Part shown: in pieces, positions 55,712-63,250 of the stretch | Numbering within the stretch: the first letter of the stretch is position 1 | Layout of the letters: every line of letters begins with the position of its first letter | Origin: Candidatus Omnitrophota bacterium | Lineage (GTDB): Bacteria > Omnitrophota > Gorgyraeia > Zapsychrales > JANLHA01 | Length of the DNA stretch: 64,000 nt | Direction of reading: 5' to 3' | NCBI GenBank assembly: GCA_031423615.1 | Contig: JANPFV010000055.1 | Span: 474 to 64,473, forward strand | Translations under genes and position numbers: made by a program | The notes under the pieces: generated by a model | What the model was told of the DNA's origin: nothing | What the model saw: the letters and a program-made list of their open reading frames with translations, nothing else | Databases searched by the model: none

Positions 55712-55717
55712 AGATCG

Positions 55718-57505
55718 TCAGGTGCGAAAAAACTGCCGGTCGAGAAAATTTTCCTTAAGCTCGATTACGGTGGGGCGTCCGTGCGGACAGGTGAAAGGGT
55801 CGCGGCATTTGAGCAGTTGTTCTTTTTGAAATTCGGCCTGCGAAGTTTTGAGCGCATCGCCGGCGCGGATTGAAGCGCGGCAAGCCCGACGGGCGAGGGT
55901 TGCATGGTCCGCGCGATTGATATTGCCGCCGGCCAACAGTTCCCGTGTCGCGCGGATAGGATCGCTTAACAAAGCAGGACAACTGTGGATCGCGATCGTG
56001 TTTTTGTCGAATTGTGTCGTCGTCAATCCTAATTTTTCCAAAGTCTCCTTGCTTTCCTCCCACGCCAGCATTTCGGCCATTGAAATTTTTAAAAGATCGG
56101 GTGTCAAAAGATTTTGAACTTCCACCTGACCGCGTTGCATTTGTCGAATCAGGGCTTCAAAAACAATCCGTTCCTGCGCCGCGTGCTGGTCGACGATAAG
56201 AAGCGAACGATCGGCTTCAAAAAGTAAAAATTTATTAATGAACGCGCCCAGATAACGGCTACGGGAGAATTTATTGATGAGGCTTTGGCCGGCATTTTTA
56301 AGATCCAAAAAATTTTCGCCGACCGAATTTCCTTCCTGGGGAAAAGTATATTGATCCGTTAAGGCGGTCTTCTCGGCGATGTTGGGCGGCGGGATTTCGA
56401 TTTCGGAAATGGGCGCAAAGGCAATGTCCGGCGAAGTGTTTCTGGCCAAAGCGCGGCGCAGGGCCTCAGCTTCTGGGGACACGGGTTGTTTTTGCGTTAT
56501 TTCCTTGGGTTGGCCGCTCATCATAAGGGTTCTTTCTACCGTATGGCGCAAAAGGGGCATCAGATGATGTTCATCCTTTATTTTAACTTCACGTTTGGTG
56601 GGATGGATGTTGACGTCTACATGGTTGGCCGGGATGGTTAAGAAAAGAGCGAAGCAGGGATAATGATGGGGCGGCAGGATGAGGCGGTAGACTTCATTCA
56701 TATGAAAACCGATGGATTTGCTTTGCACCGGTCGGCCGTTGATAAAAAGAAATTGCAGATCTCGTCGGGAGCGGCTGATGTTGATGTCGCCGGCAATCAT
56801 GTGCAGGGTAAATTCATGCTCGCTGAAATTTTCTTTGATTTCCAGCAAATGTTTAGAGTCGAGATTTAAAGTTTCTCCGACGCGTTCGATCTGGCGGACC
56901 GTGGGTGCCAGATCAAGAAGTTTGCGTCCTTCATGGGTGATCAAGAAACGGCATTGGGGATAAAAAAGAGTATAAGGTGTAATGATGCCAAGGATTTGAT
57001 TGAGTTCGGTGGCGTTGGTTTTTAAGAATTTCCTGCGGGCGGGAGTGTTGAAAAAAAGTTCCTTGACTTCAATTTCGGTCCCGTTGACCATGGCCGCGGG
57101 TTTAAGCGATATTTTTTGGCCGGCCCGGGTATGGATTTCCCAACCGGATTCTTGCTCCGCGGTTTTGCTGCGTAAAGTAATATCGGAAATCGCCGCAACG
57201 CTGTAAAGCGCTTCACCGCGAAAACCCAGGGAATGAATATTAAAAAGATCGTCGGATGTTCTGATTTTGCTGGTGGAATGGCGCTCGAAAACGATTTCAA
57301 GGTCAAGGGACGCAATGCCTGTTCCATTGTCTTTCAAATGGATGAGGGTTTTACCGGCGTCTTTCAAATGAAGTTCGATTGCGGTTGCATTGGCATCCAG
57401 GCTGTTTTCGATAAGTTCCTTGATGACGGACGCGGGCCGTTCGATGACTTCTCCGGCGGCGATTTTACTTATGACATCAGGGGTCAAAAGGTGCACGCGG
57501 TTCAT
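55718..57505 (-). CDS. mutL: DNA mismatch repair protein MutL
   Basis: The N-terminus is 'MNRVHLLTPDVISKIAAGEVIERPASVIKELIENSLDANAT...DNGTGI', the GHKL ATPase motifs of MutL. I chose the ATG at 57505 over the longer ORF start at 57520 for two reasons. It gives the usual ~14 residues before IAAGEV. It also forms an ATGA overlap with the mutS stop at 57502-57504. The stop is TGA at 55718-55720. Confidence 0.85.
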   Translation of the reverse strand: MNRVHLLTPDVISKIAAGEVIERPASVIKELIENSLDANATAIELHLKDAGKTLIHLKDNGTGIASLDLEIVFERHSTSKIRTSDDLFNIHSLGFRGEALYSVAAISDITLRSKTAEQESGWEIHTRAGQKISLKPAAMVNGTEIEVKELFFNTPARRKFLKTNATELNQILGIITPYTLFYPQCRFLITHEGRKLLDLAPTVRQIERVGETLNLDSKHLLEIKENFSEHEFTLHMIAGDINISRSRRDLQFLFINGRPVQSKSIGFHMNEVYRLILPPHHYPCFALFLTIPANHVDVNIHPTKREVKIKDEHHLMPLLRHTVERTLMMSGQPKEITQKQPVSPEAEALRRALARNTSPDIAFAPISEIEIPPPNIAEKTALTDQYTFPQEGNSVGENFLDLKNAGQSLINKFSRSRYLGAFINKFLLFEADRSLLIVDQHAAQERIVFEALIRQMQRGQVEVQNLLTPDLLKISMAEMLAWEESKETLEKLGLTTTQFDKNTIAIHSCPALLSDPIRATRELLAGGNINRADHATLARRACRASIRAGDALKTSQAEFQKEQLLKCRDPFTCPHGRPTVIELKENFLDRQFFRT

Positions 57506-60087
57506 AAAAGTTTTTTCCATTCTTGGATTTTATTCAAAGCTTCCAGCGGGGTCATGGTGTTGAGGTCGAGTGTCTCAATTGTTTTCTTTAGTTTTTCCGC
57601 TACGGAATCGGTGGTTTGGCTAAGAAGGGAAAGCTGGTCGGCGATCTGTGGCTTGGCTGTCCCCCGTTGTTTCAAGTGGCCTTGGGTCTCGAGTTCCCGC
57701 AAAATTGTTTTTGAACGGGCGATGATCTCCTGCGGCACACCGGCTAATTTCGCAACATAAATACCATAACTGTCATCCGTGCTTCCTTCCACGATTTTGT
57801 GCAAAAAAATAATTTCATCTTGCCATTCCTTGACGGCGACATTGTAATTTTTGACGCCCGGGTACTCCTTGGCTAAAGCGGTCAATTCATGAAAATGGGT
57901 GGCGAACAGCGTGCGGCTTTTATGTTTTTGGAAATGTTCGGCTAAGGCCCAAGCTAAACTCAGTCCATCATATGTGCTTGTGCCGCGGCCGATTTCATCG
58001 AGAATGACCAAACTGCGGGGCGTCAGATTATTGAGAATGTCGGCGGTCTCGCTCATTTCCACCATGAAGGTGCTTTGGCCTTTGGTGATATCGTCGTGGG
58101 CACCAATGCGCGTAAAGATTTTGTCCACGACCCCGACATGACAGCTGTTCGCCGGAACATAACTTCCCATTTGGCTTAAAATGACGATCAGAGCGATTTG
58201 ACGGATGTAGGTGGATTTTCCCGCCATATTGGGACCGGTCAAAATGATCAAGTGTTGATCTTTATTATCCAGATAGGTATCGTTAGCGATAAAGTTTTGG
58301 CGGGATGTTTTTTCAACGACCGGATGGCGGCCTTCTTTGATAGAAAGAACATTGTCTTCGCTAATGTCCGGCGCGATATAGCCGGACTCTTGCGAAAGAA
58401 GAACAAGAGAATATAAAGCGTCGAGTGTGGCCACACTTTGGCTAAACGCATGCAGAACGGATGTGTGGTCAAGGACGGTTTTTTTCAATTGTTCAATCAG
58501 TTCGTTTTCTATCTTGCGGATTTTATCCTCGGCGGTAAGGATTTTTTCTTCGTAGGCTTTCAGTTCCTGGGTAATGAACCGTTCGCCGTTGACCAAGGTC
58601 TGCTTGCGGACAAAATCCTGCGGCACCAGATGTGCATTGGCCTTGGTGACTTCAATATAATATCCGAAAATATTATTAAACCCGACCTTAAGGGAATTGA
58701 TTTTACTGCGGCTGATTTCTTTGGCCTGATATTGGCGCAGCCATTCTTGCCCATTCTTCTGAATGTCTTTGAGCTCGTCTAAGTCGGCATTAAAACCGCG
58801 TTTGATCACCTGGCCTTCATTGTTGGCCAAAGGCATGTCAGGATTGATCGCATCATCCAATAGTTTTCGCAAATGCGGAATGTCGGCGATGTTAAAAAGC
58901 GGGTTCTGGGTGGTAAACGGTGCCACCGTTTCTTTGATTTTGGGTAAAAGGGCCAGGCTGTTGCGGATGGAAAGCAAGTCCTTGGCCTGGGTATAGCCGG
59001 AACTCAATTTGGATATGGATTTTTCTAAATCCGGCAAAGGGTGAAGATAAGAGCGAAGGTTTTGCAAATTTTCTCTGCTTTCCCGCAAAAGTGAAACGGC
59101 ATGTTGGCGTTCCATAATGGATTGCACTTTTCGCAAGGGATGACCCAGCCATGATCGCAACTGCCTTTTGCCCATGGCCGTCAACGTATGATTGATGGTC
59201 TTAAAAAATGTTTCGATTTCCAGGCCATAATGGGCCGCGGGTGAAAGATAGACAAATTCCTCGTCGGTATAAAGACTTATGCGGTCGATGTGGCGCAGTG
59301 GCTGGCGGTTCATGATTCTTAAATATTCCAAAAGGGCACTGCTGCTGGCAACCGCCATATCCAAATGGTCGAGTCCGAATCCGGCTAAATTTAAGACGGC
59401 AAAATGTTCGCAAAGATTTTTTATCGCAATATCGGTGTTAAACGACCAGCTTTCCTGGGGACTGAGCGTGAATGTTCTTGTTTTCAAAAGCGGGCTTTTT
59501 AAGATGTCCTTGATTTTATTTTCTTCGCTCAACGGGAAAACACATTCATAAATAGGTAACCGCGCGAGCAGTTCGATGATTTTATGGGGATTTTCAAACT
59601 GATTGGTTTGGATTATGCCGCTGACTGGGTCGGTGAAAGCGATGCCTATGGTATGACCGTTGGGGCTTAAGGCGCAAAGATAGCGGGAATCAGAAGAATG
59701 CTCATCAAGATACGTTCCGGAAGAAATGACCCGGATGACGTCCCGGCGCACAATACCGACGGCAAGGGCCGGATCTTCGACCTGTTCGCAGATCGCGACT
59801 TTGTGTCCTGATTTGATCAAGCGGTTGATGTAATTGTCGGCCGCATGATAGGGGATGCCGCACATGGGCGTTTCATTGACGGTACCGCGGCCGCGGGCGG
59901 TTAAAACCAAATCCAGGATTTTGCAGGCGACGTGGGCGTCTTCATAGAACATTTCATAAAAATCCCCCAGCCGAAAAAAAAGAATGCAGTCGCGGTATTG
60001 CGCTTTGACCTTCTGGTACTGCGCTAGCATGGGGGTAATAGTCTTGGTCGTCATAAGGGCTATATATATTAGGGAAGACAAAGTCAT
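57502..60087 (-). CDS. mutS: DNA mismatch repair protein MutS
   Basis: 'TPMLAQYQKVKAQYRDCILFFRLGDFYEMFYEDA' is the MutS domain I, 'GPNMAGKSTYIRQ' is the Walker A motif, and 'DEIGRGTSTYDG' is also present. An alternative start is the ATG at 60054 (MTTKTITPMLAQY...). The true start is uncertain. Confidence 0.85.
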   Translation of the reverse strand: MTLSSLIYIALMTTKTITPMLAQYQKVKAQYRDCILFFRLGDFYEMFYEDAHVACKILDLVLTARGRGTVNETPMCGIPYHAADNYINRLIKSGHKVAICEQVEDPALAVGIVRRDVIRVISSGTYLDEHSSDSRYLCALSPNGHTIGIAFTDPVSGIIQTNQFENPHKIIELLARLPIYECVFPLSEENKIKDILKSPLLKTRTFTLSPQESWSFNTDIAIKNLCEHFAVLNLAGFGLDHLDMAVASSSALLEYLRIMNRQPLRHIDRISLYTDEEFVYLSPAAHYGLEIETFFKTINHTLTAMGKRQLRSWLGHPLRKVQSIMERQHAVSLLRESRENLQNLRSYLHPLPDLEKSISKLSSGYTQAKDLLSIRNSLALLPKIKETVAPFTTQNPLFNIADIPHLRKLLDDAINPDMPLANNEGQVIKRGFNADLDELKDIQKNGQEWLRQYQAKEISRSKINSLKVGFNNIFGYYIEVTKANAHLVPQDFVRKQTLVNGERFITQELKAYEEKILTAEDKIRKIENELIEQLKKTVLDHTSVLHAFSQSVATLDALYSLVLLSQESGYIAPDISEDNVLSIKEGRHPVVEKTSRQNFIANDTYLDNKDQHLIILTGPNMAGKSTYIRQIALIVILSQMGSYVPANSCHVGVVDKIFTRIGAHDDITKGQSTFMVEMSETADILNNLTPRSLVILDEIGRGTSTYDGLSLAWALAEHFQKHKSRTLFATHFHELTALAKEYPGVKNYNVAVKEWQDEIIFLHKIVEGSTDDSYGIYVAKLAGVPQEIIARSKTILRELETQGHLKQRGTAKPQIADQLSLLSQTTDSVAEKLKKTIETLDLNTMTPLEALNKIQEWKKLL

Positions 60088-60289
60088 TGAAATATGCCTA
60101 TTTATAACATAAACCAGAATTTTTCCAATAGAAAAAATCCTGATAATCCTCGGCCGCTATAAAATGCAGCGTTTTATAAAAATTGAAACAAACCGGAATA
60201 TTTTCAACAAAAAGTCTTCGCTGTCTTTGTATAAATAATTTTAACCTTTGTTGCAGTGGCATTTCATCGATGTTATAATCCAAAACATC
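60088..60289. promoter_or_regulatory. AT-rich divergent intergenic region between mutS (- strand) and the downstream + strand gene, presumed to hold promoters for both
   Basis: It is a 200-nt AT-rich spacer between divergently oriented genes, with TATAAT-like hexamers (tataat at 60277-60282, and tatatatat at 60062-60070 for the - strand). No -35/-10 pair is firmly assigned. Confidence 0.3.
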
Positions 60290-63190
60290 ATGAATAGAAA
60301 AACACTTTTCCTTCTGGGATCCCTGTCTTTTTTTCTGGTTTGCCCCATCAGCGTTCACGCCAAGGCTGATTTAGCCACCAATTTTTACGTCGAGAGTGGC
60401 AAAAAATCTTTTGAGGAAAAGGATTATGATCTTGCTGTTGAGGAATTTAATAAAGCTCTTCTAGCTGATCCCAGCAATGAAGAAGCTATTATGTATTTGC
60501 GTATCCTCGGCTACGGCCGCAGTGGTCGGCAAGAAAAAATCACGGATCGTGAGCAAGGAGAATCCCCCGAAGCACAAACTAAGTTGCCCGTGGCCCCATC
60601 TTTGGAAGGCCGATCTGGCCAAAGACAACTTTCTAAAGAATCTTCGAGAAGTCAGGCTAACCTCCCTATTCAGAATGCGGAAGCAGAAAATTCGGCGAAG
60701 AATTTAACACCTCGGGACATTGAAGAGCAAATTGCACAAGAAGAAAATGAGGCCTTAAAAGCTGTGCGCGTTGAAGCAAGTGAGAAGGAAAGAGTGGCTT
60801 TAAAGAAAATTCGTGCCCCAAAGGACCGACAGAATATTGAAAATTTAAAAAATACGGAAAGTGATAGAACGGATATCGGAAATAAACCACCAACGAATAA
60901 AATTAAAAAGGACAAAGTTCAGAAAAGGACTGTCAAGAAAAGTAAATCTGAAAAAAGAAAAGTTGTAAAAAAGGCGGCTGCAAAAAATTCGGTTCCAAAG
61001 GATGATTCTCTGCTTCAACCTGAAAATGTTTCAGCGGGGGACGTATCTACGGAAGTTGATGCCTGCAAATTTACTGAATCTTCCCCGGAGGCCTCGTCTA
61101 CCAAATCCTTTCAGCCGGTTTCGTCTGCCCGATTTTCCCCGAAGGCTCCGTCTACCAAATCTGCTCAGCCGGTTTCGTCGGCCAAATCTTCATCGGGGGT
61201 CCCCTCTGCCAAATTTTTGCGATCTGCGAAATCGCAAGAAGCCGCATTAATAAAAAGACTCGATGCGCAGGCGCAAATCGAACGGAATCGTCTTCATCAA
61301 AAGTTTTCCGACGCGGAAGCCCAAAAAATAAAGCAGGTTCACGCAAAATATCAGGCCAAAGGTATTGGGCCGAAAGAAAAAATTGTTTTTAAAGATTTCG
61401 ATGGCGACGGTGTTGTTGAGAAAATTTCCTGGGCGGAGAACCAAGCCATTGAAAAAATCCAGACTCAGACTGCAAAAGAAGAAAAAGCGGCTTTAAAGGT
61501 TTTTGATAAAAAAGCGGATATGAAAGAACGGGCCGCGGTAAGGGACTTTCGCGCCGAGGCGGCCAAAACCCAGAAAGCCAAGAAAATAACAGATCTTTCA
61601 AGCGCCCCGAAAATTTCTAAAAAAACGCAAATTCAATTCAAGGCCGGGGATGTGGTCAGTGAGCAGCAAGTTGAGGAAGCGGTGAAGAATTCTGCGGAAG
61701 AAGAAGTGAAGTCCGATCCCTATGACGCCGATGATATGGTCATTCCCAGTGAGAGTGAAAAGGATTCTGCGCCCGTAAAAAAAGACCGGAAACAGATTTC
61801 TTCTCATGACGTTGCAAAATCTTTAGCCAAAAGAAAGCCTGCTTCTTTTACGCCATCTTCGGAAAAAGTTCCTACCCGGTCTTCAACAAAAACAGCGGGG
61901 CCCGATGATAACTCTGCAATACCGATGATGTCCGATGAAAAAGAAGTGCAAGTCGTAGCCAGTATCCAAGCGGACCTTGCCCAAAAGGAAGAAGAATTAC
62001 ACCAGGAATTTGCCGAAAAGAAAGCTGCGAAATTAAGCCAGCTGACCTCAGTCAGGAATTCTTCAGGGAAAGTTTCGCCCCGGGTCAAGAAAACTAAGTC
62101 TTCGGCATCATCGGAAATCAATTCCGTCATCCCAACGGAAAGCAAAGAACCCCTTTCTTCAGAAAATTTGGAAGCCCTGATGGTTTCCGATCCCGTTGTT
62201 AAAAAAGCCGTTACAGCGGTAAAAACTGAGAATGCGGTTTTAAAAAAGAAATTGACCGAAGTTGTGGAAATGGCTCAACAAGACCAGAAAACGATTAAAG
62301 AGTTGGAAAAGAACACGGAGCAGCAAACTCAAAAAGTTGAAGTCCTCGAGAATGATCTTGATGAGGCCAAAGAATCTTTAGAAACAAAAAAGGAAGCGCT
62401 TCGACGGCAGAGCGAAAAATTAAAAGTCCTGCAAATGCGGATCAGTGCGATGGAGGTGGATGTTCATTCCAAGCAATATGATTTCAAAGATAAACAACTG
62501 GAATATGAAAAGAAATTACAGGCCATTGAAGAAGAATTCGGTAATTATAAAAGTGAAAAGGCCCATAATGAGGAGGAGCTCCAGGAGCAATTGCGGATTT
62601 TAAAAGAAGCCCTTAATAAAAAAATTGCGGAACTGAATGAAGCGCAAGAGAAACTCCTTTTTGCGGAGAACAAACTGAAGAAGAGCGATGCTCAGCATGC
62701 TGTGACGCTCAGGCAATATGAAGATTTAAAGAAGACCATGGCGGATTTAGACGGCCGCTTGACAGATTTGCCGTCGGAAATGAAGACCGATGCCAAGCCT
62801 TTGGTCACCGTCGATCCCAAGAACCTTCCGCCTCCCAAAAATCGCGAAGAATTTATGTACCAGCAATGGATCCAGCGGCATGACAAACTGATTAGCCGCT
62901 TGAAGGAAAAACTGCTTTGGGCGCGAGAGCAGATGGATTATTTGGGCCGTTATGACATCAAACTCAGCGATCAGAAAATGGCGGCTCTCAAAGAACAATT
63001 GGCGGCTGTCAAGAAACAGCTTAATAGCAAGGATATTTCCTCTGGCAAACCTGAGGACTATGCGCTTATGGAAGAGCGGCTTAAAGACTCCCAGGAGCGT
63101 CTCGAAATGGTGGAAAAGATTTTGCGGGAAAAGGATGACCAGGTCAAGGAATTAGAGAAGCAGTTAAACGGTGTGTTGTCGGCTTTTTAA
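60290..63190 (+). CDS. Secreted Lys/Glu-rich coiled-coil protein with an N-terminal signal peptide and one TPR-like motif
   Basis: The ATG at 60290 gives MNRKTLFLLGSLSFFLVCPISVHAKADL, a signal-peptide-like n/h/c region with an AxA cleavage motif. 'FEEKDYDLAVEEFNKALLADPSNEEAIMYL' is TPR-like. Long K/E-rich heptad-like sequence follows. A short 48-nt tandem pair at 61089-61185 encodes S/T/P-rich 'STKS(F/A)QPVSSA'. The ORF track start is the upstream TTG at 60248. Confidence 0.6.
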   Translation: MNRKTLFLLGSLSFFLVCPISVHAKADLATNFYVESGKKSFEEKDYDLAVEEFNKALLADPSNEEAIMYLRILGYGRSGRQEKITDREQGESPEAQTKLPVAPSLEGRSGQRQLSKESSRSQANLPIQNAEAENSAKNLTPRDIEEQIAQEENEALKAVRVEASEKERVALKKIRAPKDRQNIENLKNTESDRTDIGNKPPTNKIKKDKVQKRTVKKSKSEKRKVVKKAAAKNSVPKDDSLLQPENVSAGDVSTEVDACKFTESSPEASSTKSFQPVSSARFSPKAPSTKSAQPVSSAKSSSGVPSAKFLRSAKSQEAALIKRLDAQAQIERNRLHQKFSDAEAQKIKQVHAKYQAKGIGPKEKIVFKDFDGDGVVEKISWAENQAIEKIQTQTAKEEKAALKVFDKKADMKERAAVRDFRAEAAKTQKAKKITDLSSAPKISKKTQIQFKAGDVVSEQQVEEAVKNSAEEEVKSDPYDADDMVIPSESEKDSAPVKKDRKQISSHDVAKSLAKRKPASFTPSSEKVPTRSSTKTAGPDDNSAIPMMSDEKEVQVVASIQADLAQKEEELHQEFAEKKAAKLSQLTSVRNSSGKVSPRVKKTKSSASSEINSVIPTESKEPLSSENLEALMVSDPVVKKAVTAVKTENAVLKKKLTEVVEMAQQDQKTIKELEKNTEQQTQKVEVLENDLDEAKESLETKKEALRRQSEKLKVLQMRISAMEVDVHSKQYDFKDKQLEYEKKLQAIEEEFGNYKSEKAHNEEELQEQLRILKEALNKKIAELNEAQEKLLFAENKLKKSDAQHAVTLRQYEDLKKTMADLDGRLTDLPSEMKTDAKPLVTVDPKNLPPPKNREEFMYQQWIQRHDKLISRLKEKLLWAREQMDYLGRYDIKLSDQKMAALKEQLAAVKKQLNSKDISSGKPEDYALMEERLKDSQERLEMVEKILREKDDQVKELEKQLNGVLSAF

Positions 63191-63250
63191 TGGGCCATCC
63201 CGTACGGCTCGGCGTTAAGAATTTTAAGAGTCCGGGACAAGGATATTGGC

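Noticed and set aside
40199-54823. The regularly recurring 25-bp palindromic repeat considered as a CRISPR array
   Set aside because: The intervening 'spacers' are 1-2.4 kb of continuous, in-frame protein-coding sequence with recognisable enzyme domains. Spacing is irregular, some copies are inverted, and no cas genes are present. It is an intragenic repeat family, not CRISPR.
2-55711. The giant ORF as an artefact of a non-standard genetic code or of gene fusion by read-through
   Set aside because: The ORF is defined by the complete absence of TAA/TAG/TGA in one frame, which no alternative code is needed to explain. The giant gene, mutL and mutS all terminate at ordinary TAA/TGA codons, so the code is standard. 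Genes cannot be hidden inside a stop-free frame without stops. Post-translational processing remains possible.
57233-57760. + strand ORFs overlapping mutL/mutS (57233-57760, 58438-58782, 55848-56117, and others)
   Set aside because: They are antisense to well-supported mutL/mutS coding sequence and have no recognisable motifs.
63191-63250. Possible intrinsic terminator after the coiled-coil gene
   Set aside because: No convincing GC-rich hairpin plus U-tract was found in the 60-nt gap. The downstream ATG at 63251 follows closely, so the two genes are more likely co-transcribed.
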